Assembly (NCBI GenBank): GCA_964483035.1
Contig: CAYZZS010000001.1
Location: 6,979 to 70,978, forward strand
DNA: 64,000 bases
Source: an uncultured Candidatus Saccharibacteria bacterium
Lineage (GTDB): Bacteria; Patescibacteriota; Saccharimonadia; Saccharimonadales; CAYZZS01
Reading direction: 5' to 3'
A model generated the notes under the pieces. It was given only the letters and a program-made list of their open reading frames with translations, had not been told where the DNA came from and ran no database searches. The position numbers and the translations under genes are program-made. Below, in pieces: positions 1 through 7,331 of the stretch. Numbering within the stretch: the stretch's first letter is position 1; each line of letters begins with the position of its first letter.

Positions 1-1
1 G

Positions 2-490
2 CTGCTTCAAGACCCTGATTTTATACCCAGCTGCAATCTGAACCCGATACTGAGCTGCGGCTCTGTCATGATGAGTGATCAGGCTTCCGCATTTGGTTTT
101 CCGAATCCGTATATCGGGATCGCCAGTTTTGCAGTCCTCATCACTGTCGGCATGGCTATGCTGGCAGGCGCGACGTTCAAGCGTTGGTTCTGGCTGGGGC
201 TGCAGGCAGGTACAGTCTTTGGTGTGTCATTTGTGCACTGGCTGATGTATCAAAGTATTTTCAATATCGGCAGCCTGTGTCTGTATTGCATGTTGGTGTG
301 GGCGGTGACGATACCAATCTTCTGGTATACGCTGCTCATGAATATTACAAGCGGACATATTACGGTGCCGTCTAGGTTGCGTGGCGCTGCTGACTTTGCA
401 CTCAGACATCACTTCGATGCGCTCATCGTGTGGTATCTGCTTATTGCAGGAGTGATCCTGAAGCACTTCTGGTATTACTTCGGCGGATAG
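2..490 (+). CDS. Vitamin K epoxide reductase (VKOR) family membrane oxidoreductase, 5' end cut by window edge
   Basis: Frame of ORF 68-490 stays open to base 2 (..PSCNLNPILSCGSVMM..). It has a loop Cys pair C-x7-C, hydrophobic helices and a CLYC (CxxC) motif, the VKOR signature. Confidence 0.75.
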   Translation: MLQDPDFIPSCNLNPILSCGSVMMSDQASAFGFPNPYIGIASFAVLITVGMAMLAGATFKRWFWLGLQAGTVFGVSFVHWLMYQSIFNIGSLCLYCMLVWAVTIPIFWYTLLMNITSGHITVPSRLRGAADFALRHHFDALIVWYLLIAGVILKHFWYYFGG

Positions 491-1803
491 TTTCGGGCAA
501 GGTCTATAGTTAGAGCGGCTGTCCAGGAGAAATCCTTGGCACCGGCAGGTGATCCATCCAGCGGGGAAAAGTACTCGTAAAAGCCTGAAAGCTTAACAAG
601 CTCTAGCGTTGATTCAGTTAATGCGGCGGCGTGGTCGTCAAATCCATAACGCTTCAGTCCGTCAATGATCAGCCAGTTGATGTTGATCCAGGTCGGACCC
701 TGCCAGTAGCTGTGTGGCTTGAAGAACTCAGAATTGATCGGTGTGCTCGGTACAGGATAAACGGTTCCGAACTGCTGCTCGTCCTCCAGTAGCTTAACCA
801 GCTCTGCCGCCCGCTCTTTGCTGATTGAACCGGAGTAAAGCGGTAAAAGTGCGCCCACGCTACTGTCTTTGAGTAGGCGATGGGTTACGAATTCCCGCGA
901 GTAATATTGCTTGTCGTGCTGGTCATACAGCAGCTCAAAGGCGTTTTCGGTCCGCTGCATGCGCTCCAGGAGTTCCGGCGGCAGCTCTTTCTTGATATAT
1001 TTTGCGATTTCAACCAGCCGCTGATTGGCTCGGATGAAAATAGCGTTGTAATTGACGTCTTCGATGGCGAATATCGAATGGCGCAGGATACGCTTGATGT
1101 CGTAGTTTTTGCGTCGCAGTCTACGCTGAACGCTGTAGAGTGCCAGCGCATCAACGGTGGGAAGGCGCTCTTCTGCGGGAATGTATTTGGTGTCACTCCT
1201 GAGCCAGGTCACGAGCGGAGAAAGCTTCAGGGTGTCTATGGCGCGAATCCATAGCGGCAGCTGATGATCTCGGAGTTCATGCATCCATGGCGGCGTGCTG
1301 TCGAGACCAGTCTCCCAGGGGTGGATTTGCAGCACCAGTCCCTCGCTATGCGGGTCGCGCTCGTCATACAGCCATTGATGAAACATCACCAATGGTTCGT
1401 AGACTGTTTTATACCATGTTCTGCGTTCGGCTCCCGGAAGTTTCTCGCCGATGCGCACGACGGCTTCGGCAATCATGGGAGGTTGCGTGATACCGCTGGT
1501 GCGAACACCTTCGGGGGCGTAAGGGTTGAGCCAGCTTCTCCAGACGTGGCCGTCACGGGCTCCGCGCAGACTGCTGTTTAAGATCATGTTTGGCACCATG
1601 CCGTTGGCCCATTGGCCGCGAAAGAGGCTGAGGATTTCCCGCTTGGCGCGTTCGATATCGTAGTGGCGAAGGCCGATGGCAATAAAACAGCTGTCCCATA
1701 GCCACTGGTGCGGATACAGGCCGTTTGCCGGAATAGTATATTCGCCGCGATCGTTCGCCTTTAGAACTTCTTTGGCTTGTGCAACTAAAGCTGCATCGTC
1801 CAT
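475..1803 (-). CDS. GH63-like (alpha/alpha)6-barrel glycoside hydrolase (mannosylglycerate/glucosylglycerate hydrolase-like; often annotated as amylo-alpha-1,6-glucosidase/debranching-like)
   Basis: 442-aa ORF with motifs YPHQWLWDSCF, HPWETGLDSTPPW, GPTWININW and DFSWTAA, typical of this hydrolase family. Its 3' end overlaps the VKOR gene by 16 nt (convergent). Confidence 0.55.
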   Translation of the reverse strand: MDDAALVAQAKEVLKANDRGEYTIPANGLYPHQWLWDSCFIAIGLRHYDIERAKREILSLFRGQWANGMVPNMILNSSLRGARDGHVWRSWLNPYAPEGVRTSGITQPPMIAEAVVRIGEKLPGAERRTWYKTVYEPLVMFHQWLYDERDPHSEGLVLQIHPWETGLDSTPPWMHELRDHQLPLWIRAIDTLKLSPLVTWLRSDTKYIPAEERLPTVDALALYSVQRRLRRKNYDIKRILRHSIFAIEDVNYNAIFIRANQRLVEIAKYIKKELPPELLERMQRTENAFELLYDQHDKQYYSREFVTHRLLKDSSVGALLPLYSGSISKERAAELVKLLEDEQQFGTVYPVPSTPINSEFFKPHSYWQGPTWININWLIIDGLKRYGFDDHAAALTESTLELVKLSGFYEYFSPLDGSPAGAKDFSWTAALTIDLARNYPPK

Positions 1804-1809
1804 GCAGAT

Positions 1810-1815
1810 AGTATA
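1810..1815 (-). promoter_or_regulatory. -10-like hexamer TATACT 6 nt upstream of ATG (leaderless-type promoter of the glycosidase gene)
   Basis: Minus strand reads TATACT-atctgc-ATG with no SD. The same architecture recurs at many operon starts in this window. Confidence 0.4.
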
Positions 1816-1848
1816 GCGTGAGCGCTATTATTGTTACCAGCCCGGCTT

Positions 1849-1872
1849 AAAAACCCCCTATTTAATAGGGTG
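1849..1872 (-). terminator. Intrinsic terminator after yajQ
   Basis: Minus strand reads CACCCTAT-TAA-ATAGGGGG followed by TTTTT, immediately after the yajQ stop. Confidence 0.6.
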
Positions 1873-1873
1873 A

Positions 1874-2371
1874 TTATCGGTAATTCGTGAACTGGAGCGG
1901 AAAGTCAAAGTCCTGTGTCTTAAGGAGTTGGATGATGGATTGAAGTTCGTCTTTACTGCTGCTGGTTACCCGCACTGTGTCACCCTGAATCTGCGACTTT
2001 GCCTTAGGGAATTTTTCTCTTATGAGTGAGGTGATTTTCTTTGCCTTTTCCTGATCCAGGCCTTTGATGAAGGGCACCTGTTTAGTGGTCTTGATATTGC
2101 TTACGTTCGGACTCTTAGAGGTGTCCAGTACTTTTTGGCTTTGGTTGCGGGCGGCGAGCTTTTTGCGGACGATGTCTAGAATGGCGTCGATTTGCCAGTC
2201 GCCGTTGCCGGTAATCTCAAGGCCGTTCTTATCATTGTCAATCCATTGAACCGCAGCCGGCGTGCCTTTGAAGTCATAACGGTTTGCAAGTTCGCGTTGC
2301 ACTTGGTCGAAGACGTTATTCATCTCCGCCTTGTCATAGTCTGAAACGATATCGAATGAATACGTAGCCAT
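1874..2371 (-). CDS. yajQ: YajQ family (UPF0234) nucleotide-binding protein
   Basis: MATYSFDIVSDYDKAEMNNV... matches the canonical YajQ N-terminus and length. The ATG at 2371 is preferred over the upstream TTG at 2386. Confidence 0.85.
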   Translation of the reverse strand: MATYSFDIVSDYDKAEMNNVFDQVQRELANRYDFKGTPAAVQWIDNDKNGLEITGNGDWQIDAILDIVRKKLAARNQSQKVLDTSKSPNVSNIKTTKQVPFIKGLDQEKAKKITSLIREKFPKAKSQIQGDTVRVTSSSKDELQSIIQLLKTQDFDFPLQFTNYR

Positions 2372-2410
2372 ACACCTAGCATACAACAGATGATATACTT
2401 CGTACTAACT

Positions 2411-3445
2411 ATGGAATATGCCAATCAGAAAATCGCAGAAACTGCAGATCTGCTCAAGCGCCGGCTTGAAGAATCTGACGACAAGAGGTCCATACTTCGC
2501 GCAGTCGAGCTCAAGGCTTTGTATGCGGAGATTCCGCTACTGCCGCCCGAGCAGCGAGCTACGTTCGGTAAGGAGATTAATGCACTTCGACAGGATCTGG
2601 AGCGGCTTGTTGAGGCGCACAAAGAGCAGGCTGAGGCTCTGCCGCCGATCGACGTGACAGCACCGTTTGATGTGAACGTGCCTGTAGATATGAAGCCGCG
2701 AACCCTGACGGCGGAGACGGGCAGTATCCATCCGCTTATGAGCGAGCTGGCAGTCATCGCCGACATCTATCAGCGCATGGGTTTTATGGTTGAAGCTTCG
2801 CGTGAGATTGACGATGACTATCATATGTTTGAGAGCCTAAACTTTCCCGAAGGGCATCCTGCCCGCGACGATTACGACACTTTCATGACCGAAGAAGGCC
2901 TGATTGCGCCGGCCCATACCAGTACTATGCAGAACCGAGTGCTTAAAAAATATCAGGGCAATCTGGAGCGGGGCGAGCCAATCGCTGTTGTTATTCCCGG
3001 GCGCGTATTTCGGAATGAAGATTTGGATGCCACGCATGAGCATACCTTTTATCAAATAGAGGGCGTCTATGTTGATCGGGGTGTCACTGTCGGTAACCTG
3101 ATAGCCACACTTGGCGCGTTCATGAACGAATACTTTGGCCAGGAGCTGGAGACCAAGCTGCAGCCATTCTATTTTCCGTTTACCGAGCCAAGCTTCGAAT
3201 TTGCGATTGAACGGCCCGAGATGCTTCGTAAGGATGACAGTGAGGAGCAGAAGTGGCTGGAGCTGCTCGGATGCGGCATGATTCATCCGAATGTACTCAA
3301 AATGGCAGGTATTGATCCGAGTGTTTACACCGGGTTCGCCTGGGGCGGTGGTATCGAGCGGCTGGTCATGATGAAGCACAATATAGAAGACATCCGCCAT
3401 TTTGAATCGGCAAACCTTAAGTTCCTGAGGCAGTTTACGAGATGA
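2411..3445 (+). CDS. pheS: Phenylalanine--tRNA ligase alpha subunit
   Basis: Class II aaRS core (HPARD, FRNE, GCGMIHPNVL, GFAWGGGIERL). The alternative start at 2390 would place the TATACT box (2394-2399) inside the CDS. The stop overlaps the pheT start (ATGA). Confidence 0.93.
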   Translation: MEYANQKIAETADLLKRRLEESDDKRSILRAVELKALYAEIPLLPPEQRATFGKEINALRQDLERLVEAHKEQAEALPPIDVTAPFDVNVPVDMKPRTLTAETGSIHPLMSELAVIADIYQRMGFMVEASREIDDDYHMFESLNFPEGHPARDDYDTFMTEEGLIAPAHTSTMQNRVLKKYQGNLERGEPIAVVIPGRVFRNEDLDATHEHTFYQIEGVYVDRGVTVGNLIATLGAFMNEYFGQELETKLQPFYFPFTEPSFEFAIERPEMLRKDDSEEQKWLELLGCGMIHPNVLKMAGIDPSVYTGFAWGGGIERLVMMKHNIEDIRHFESANLKFLRQFTR

Positions 3446-5979
3446 AAGTAAGTATTAACCTGGCGCAAGAATACGCCAACGTCGATATCAAAAGTATTCC
3501 AAGAGACGAGCTGCTTCGTCGTATTGGCGCGCAATTGGGCGCGGTTGAGGATGTCACTGAATGGGCGGCAAAGTTTGAGGGTGCTGTTATCGTCCGGATT
3601 GTTTCGTGCGAAAAGCATCCGGACGCGGACAAGCTAAGCGTGTGTCGTATTGATGATGGCGGCATGAATCAATCAGTAGATCGCGGCGAAGACGGCCTGA
3701 TCCAGGTTGTTTGCGGAGCCCCAAATGCGCGGACTGATATGTTTGCAATCTGGCTGAGTCCTGGCGTGATCGTGCCAAGTACACGGGACACTGATCCATT
3801 CGTGCTCGAAGCCCGTGAGATCCGCGGTGTAATGAGCAGTGGCATGCTCGCGAGTGCCTCAGAGTTAGGCATTAGTGATGATCACGCTGGCATCGTGGAA
3901 GTTACGGCTGAGGACGCCGGTAAAGAGCCGGCTCCGGGTGAGCCGCTGACATCATATTTCGGTTTGGATGATTTTGTAGTTGATTGTGAGAATAAGATGT
4001 TCACCCATCGCCCGGATTGCTTTGGGGTATTGGGTGTGGCGCGTGAGCTGGCAGGTATTAGCGGCCTTGCGTTTGAGAGTCCGGATTGGTATCTGCGAAC
4101 ACCTCAGTTCGAGGACAAAAACGATCTGCAAATCACGGTGAAAAACGATATACCAGAGTTCGTGCCGCGTTTTATGGCGGTGGCAATGCAAGGTGTCACG
4201 GTCAAGCCAAGTCCCATGTGGCTCCAGGCGGCATTGACACGGGTAGGGATCAAGCCGGTCAACAACGTAGTTGATGCCACGAACTATGTCATGCATTTGA
4301 CTGGCCAGCCGCTGCACGCTTTTGATTATGACAAGATCAAAGAGCGATCCGAGGCACCCGGCATCTTCCCCCGGATGAGCAAGAAGGGCGAGAAGATCAA
4401 GTTGCTCGGAGGCAAGGAAATAGAGCTAACCGGAGAGGAAATAGTCATTAGTACTGACAAGCAGGCGGTAGCTCTGGCGGGTGTCATGGGCGGCATCGAT
4501 ACTGAGGTTGATATGAATACCAAGAATATTATTATCGAATGCGCAACGTTCGATATGTACAGCATCCGCCGCACCAGCATGCGCTACGGGCTGTTTACTG
4601 ATGCGGTCACTCGCTATACCAAAGGTCAGAGTCCGCTACAAAATGATCGTGTCCTAGTATTTGCCATGCAAAAGATGGCTGAACTGACTGGGGCTCGACA
4701 GGTATCGAAAGTACACGATTTCCAAGATACAGGTGTGGGCGCAAAGGAGGGGGTTGAGGTAGCTGCAGAGTTTATAAATTCCCGTCTCGGCACTGAGTTG
4801 TCCAGCTCTGAGATTGCGACGATATTGCAGAATGTTGAGTTCGATGTTGAGGTTGCTACCTCTGGAGAGTTAAGAATTGTGCCGCCGTTCTGGAGAATGG
4901 ATATTAAGATTCCTGAGGATATAGTAGAGGAGATTGGGCGGCTGTATGGCTATGACAAGCTACCGGTAGCGCTACCAAGGCGTACTGCTAAGCCAGCACC
5001 AAAGAACGAACTACTTGAATTCAAGCAGCAGCTACGACTTGCGCTCAAGCAAGCTGGGGCGAATGAAGTGTTGACCTATAGCTTTGTGCACGGGAACCTG
5101 CTGGACAAGGTTGGTCAGGACAAGAGCGATGCTTATCGTCTTAGTAACGCACTAAGCCCTGATCTGCAGTACTATCGCCTCAGTCTGCTTCCTAGTCTGC
5201 TGGACAAAGTGCATGCCAATATCAAAGCCGGTTATGATGAGTTCGGTATATTTGAATTAAACCCGGTTCATGCGAAAAACCATGTCGATGAGGAAGACGG
5301 GTTACCGAGAGAGGTGCAGCGGCTGGCGTTTGTATTTGCTGCCAGCGACAAGATGGTGTCAGCAGGATATGCGGGAGCACCGTACTATCATGCTCGTAAA
5401 TACTTGACCGGACTGTTGGCGGACTTGGGGATTATTGCTTCATTTGAGCCGCTGGCTTCGCAGGAGCCGGAGACGGTAGTCAGTAAAGCAGTGGTTGCGC
5501 CATTTGAGGCCGGAAGAGCGGCATATGTCAAATCGCAAAACGGCACTCTGCTTGGTGTGCTCGGAGAGTTTAGGTCCGGAGTGCGCAGCAGTCTGAAGCT
5601 GCCATCATATATTGCTGGGTTTGAGCTAGATACAGAGCAGGTCATGCATGAGGCTAGCAAGCAGTCAGAATATGTGCCGTTGCCGAGGTTTCCAAAAGTT
5701 AGCCAGGATATCTCTTTGAAGGTGCCGGCGGATTTGCCATACGCTACGCTATTCGATGCCATATGGCAGGCACTTGGAGAGCTGCAGCCTGATAGTACGC
5801 TTCCTATGCTTGGCCCGATTGACATCTATCAGGGAGCGGATGACCCGTCTCACAAGCACGTGACCTTCCGCTTTACTATCACCTCGTACGAGCGGACCTT
5901 GACCACCGAGGAGGTGGCAGTCATGCTCGACAGGGCCGCGGAGCGATTACGCACAGAGCTGAGTGCGGAGCGTATATAA
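3442..5979 (+). CDS. pheT: Phenylalanine--tRNA ligase beta subunit
   Basis: 845-aa bacterial-type PheT with an N-terminal tRNA-binding domain, B3/4, B5 and a C-terminal anticodon-binding-like domain. It is translationally coupled to pheS. Confidence 0.93.
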   Translation: MKVSINLAQEYANVDIKSIPRDELLRRIGAQLGAVEDVTEWAAKFEGAVIVRIVSCEKHPDADKLSVCRIDDGGMNQSVDRGEDGLIQVVCGAPNARTDMFAIWLSPGVIVPSTRDTDPFVLEAREIRGVMSSGMLASASELGISDDHAGIVEVTAEDAGKEPAPGEPLTSYFGLDDFVVDCENKMFTHRPDCFGVLGVARELAGISGLAFESPDWYLRTPQFEDKNDLQITVKNDIPEFVPRFMAVAMQGVTVKPSPMWLQAALTRVGIKPVNNVVDATNYVMHLTGQPLHAFDYDKIKERSEAPGIFPRMSKKGEKIKLLGGKEIELTGEEIVISTDKQAVALAGVMGGIDTEVDMNTKNIIIECATFDMYSIRRTSMRYGLFTDAVTRYTKGQSPLQNDRVLVFAMQKMAELTGARQVSKVHDFQDTGVGAKEGVEVAAEFINSRLGTELSSSEIATILQNVEFDVEVATSGELRIVPPFWRMDIKIPEDIVEEIGRLYGYDKLPVALPRRTAKPAPKNELLEFKQQLRLALKQAGANEVLTYSFVHGNLLDKVGQDKSDAYRLSNALSPDLQYYRLSLLPSLLDKVHANIKAGYDEFGIFELNPVHAKNHVDEEDGLPREVQRLAFVFAASDKMVSAGYAGAPYYHARKYLTGLLADLGIIASFEPLASQEPETVVSKAVVAPFEAGRAAYVKSQNGTLLGVLGEFRSGVRSSLKLPSYIAGFELDTEQVMHEASKQSEYVPLPRFPKVSQDISLKVPADLPYATLFDAIWQALGELQPDSTLPMLGPIDIYQGADDPSHKHVTFRFTITSYERTLTTEEVAVMLDRAAERLRTELSAERI

Positions 5980-6017
5980 TAGAATCACACTGTATCATTC
6001 GCAGCGCAAGGGAGGGA

Positions 6018-6560
6018 GTGATGGTAGAGAGGTCACGAATGCACAAGCCGGAGCGCAGCTTCTATTTCAAGGTAGCATTGCAAGCAGCACTTTTCTTTAG
6101 TGATCTTGATGAGAGGACGGTTCCCAAGGGGTCTCGCCCGAGGCCGGAGCGGCAGCAGCTGAGCGAGAGATCGGTGACTGAGAAGCGACATACGATAGCG
6201 GAATTCCTGGCTACTCTCCACCCTTCATTGCCATACGTTGCCGTCGAGCTATTGAAGCCGGATGTTAACATGCACGATAAAAAGGACTTAACTCCAGTCT
6301 ATCTTGGTGAGCCGGCAAGGGGCTACTTCCAGGATCCGTTCAACGAGCCTACGCCAGGCGCTATGTCTGGAGCGGTCTCGATCCTGGCTGCCGGGCTAAA
6401 TAGGTTCGTGGTAGCGGATGTTGAGGGCAGGGCGCTGTGGGCCGGCCCTCAGGATAACCCGCAACAGACGTTTGAGCGTTATAGTCTCGGCAGCCTGTTG
6501 ACGGTTACGGAGTCCCGAGAATATGTACACTGGCTTCAGCGGCATGGCGTCGATGTATGA
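6018..6560 (+). CDS. Hypothetical protein
   Basis: 180-aa ORF preceded by AAGGGAGGGAG. The GTG at 6018 or the ATG at 6021 could be the start. No recognisable motif. Confidence 0.4.
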   Translation: MMVERSRMHKPERSFYFKVALQAALFFSDLDERTVPKGSRPRPERQQLSERSVTEKRHTIAEFLATLHPSLPYVAVELLKPDVNMHDKKDLTPVYLGEPARGYFQDPFNEPTPGAMSGAVSILAAGLNRFVVADVEGRALWAGPQDNPQQTFERYSLGSLLTVTESREYVHWLQRHGVDV

Positions 6561-6747
6561 ATATTGACAAAAACAGCAACGCATGTACTATAAATTTACT
6601 TGGCTGACATCTAAATATTGGCCAATGTATTTTGACAGGTAATGGGAAAGTAATATTAAGTAATCGGGACATCGACTCCATAGGCAGTTTTGTTTGGTTG
6701 ACATTGCCAGCCAGACATAACTGTCTATGTTACTAGACAATCGTCCT

Positions 6748-6931
6748 GGACGTGTAGCTCAGTGGTGTATTGCCCTGCAGGATTAAATACCCTGCGCGAG
6801 AATAGCGAGAGGCTTTACGGCCAAAACCTATCTTGAAAGTGGTAAATCAGAGCATCCAAAGTCAGAACTCAGCAGCCGCGTAACGTCTGACGCTAATTGG
6901 AAGGTCATGGGTTCGATTCCCATCACGTCCG
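6748..6931 (+). tRNA. Atypical 184-nt tRNA-like element (isotype undetermined; an intervening-sequence-containing tRNA, a tRNA-derived ncRNA or a pseudogene)
   Basis: A perfect 7-bp acceptor stem pairs GGACGTG (6748-54) with CACGTCC (6924-30), with discriminator G and no encoded CCA. The D-stem halves are GCTC (6757-60) and GAGC (6850-53). The T-arm is ATGGG-TTCGATT-CCCAT (6907-23) and the variable loop is AGGTC. The anticodon stem pairs TCCAA (6855-59) with TTGGA (6897-6901). The D-loop carries a ~77-82-nt insert flanked by direct AGTGGT repeats, and the anticodon loop is replaced by a 6-bp hairpin (GTCAGA/TCTGAC) with a 19-nt loop. Confidence 0.45.
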
Positions 6932-6932
6932 C

Positions 6933-7270
6933 TTCTGGGGAGCGAGCGCTATTATGGGCTCACGCCTATCGGTGCTCGGCACGAATGCGAAGGGATCGAC
7001 CGCAACTCGTAGCCTCGGCTTCCTGCCAGTGTGGCATGCCGGCTCCCCTTCTTCGCGCAAGCACTTTCCGCTTGCCACATTCGGCTCCTGCGTACCCAGC
7101 GGATTGATGCATCACCCTCCTTGAATCATTCTGCAGAGGTACGCAGGAGCCATCCGGCTCACCGATAAGCATTCTGTTTACCGCCGCCAACTTCACTTAA
7201 CTTAAATCACCTATTACCTGTCACATCTCCCGGTGCCTGTGAATTTCGCAGTCAGCGGGAGATGTTTTTT
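6933..7270 (+). ncRNA. Unclassified structured RNA candidate ending in an intrinsic terminator
   Basis: Perfect helices: 6937-43/7042-48 (GGGGAGC/GCTCCCC), 7024-28/7032-36, 7057-62/7070-75 and a 13-bp helix at 7083-95/7139-51. A long-range 8-bp pairing 6967-74/7160-67 crosses the first helix, so a pseudoknot is possible. ORFs in both strands look non-coding. A terminator lies at the 3' end. Confidence 0.45.
7223..7270 (+). terminator. Intrinsic terminator
   Basis: A 10-bp stem pairs ACATCTCCCG (7223-32) with CGGGAGATGT (7256-65), followed by TTTTTT. Confidence 0.7.
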
Positions 7271-7331
7271 GATTATTTAAGTGATGCAGGTTGTGTATCG
7301 CACGCCGGCAAATGTACAATGATTTGAGTTT

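Noticed and set aside
6897-7124. Two overlapping plus-strand ORFs (75 and 66 aa) starting inside the T-arm of the tRNA-like element.
   Set aside because: They begin within an RNA structure, lack an SD or a -10/ATG arrangement, and have low-complexity, junk-like translations.
7061-7177. RNase P RNA on the minus strand. The minus strand reads ACAGAATGCTTATCGGTGAGCC (like the CR-V/P4 3' strand ACAGAAcccgGCTTATCGGT) and GCGGAAAGTGC (like GGAAAGTCC).
   Set aside because: The two motifs occur in the wrong order on that strand: the ACAGAA element is 5' of the GGAAAG element. The other conserved RNase P regions (GGTAAGAGC, AGATGAAT) are absent. The only terminator is on the opposite strand.
6966-7196. 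Minus-strand ORF, including an internal start preceded by AAGGAGGGTG (..AAGGAGGGTGATGCATCAA..) that looks like a strong ribosome-binding site.
   Set aside because: Only 3 nt separate the GGAGG core from the ATG. The predicted peptide is Arg/Gly/Ala/Cys-rich with no hydrophobic pattern. The ORF lies entirely inside stacked perfect helices of the plus-strand RNA candidate, and a plus-strand terminator closes the region. The SD-like string is more simply the complement of the CCUCC tract.
6748-7270. tmRNA (one-piece or permuted) built from the tRNA-like element plus the downstream structured RNA.
   Set aside because: Acceptor pair 3:70 is A-U, not the G-U required for alanylation. The acceptor stem closes within 184 nt. 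I could not find a plausible resume codon or a tag ORF ending in hydrophobic residues plus a stop. No GGACGTG 5'-strand copy exists downstream, as a permuted gene would need.
6933-7270. Riboswitch or T-box leader controlling the ABC transporter at 7332.
   Set aside because: I could not find the cores of cobalamin (B12 box, GCCACTG), TPP (CTGAGA...ACCTGA), SAM, FMN, lysine, glycine, purine, Mn (yybP) or T-box (GGTGGTACCGCG) elements. The transporter has its own TACAAT box downstream of the terminator. This still needs a covariance-model scan to be sure.
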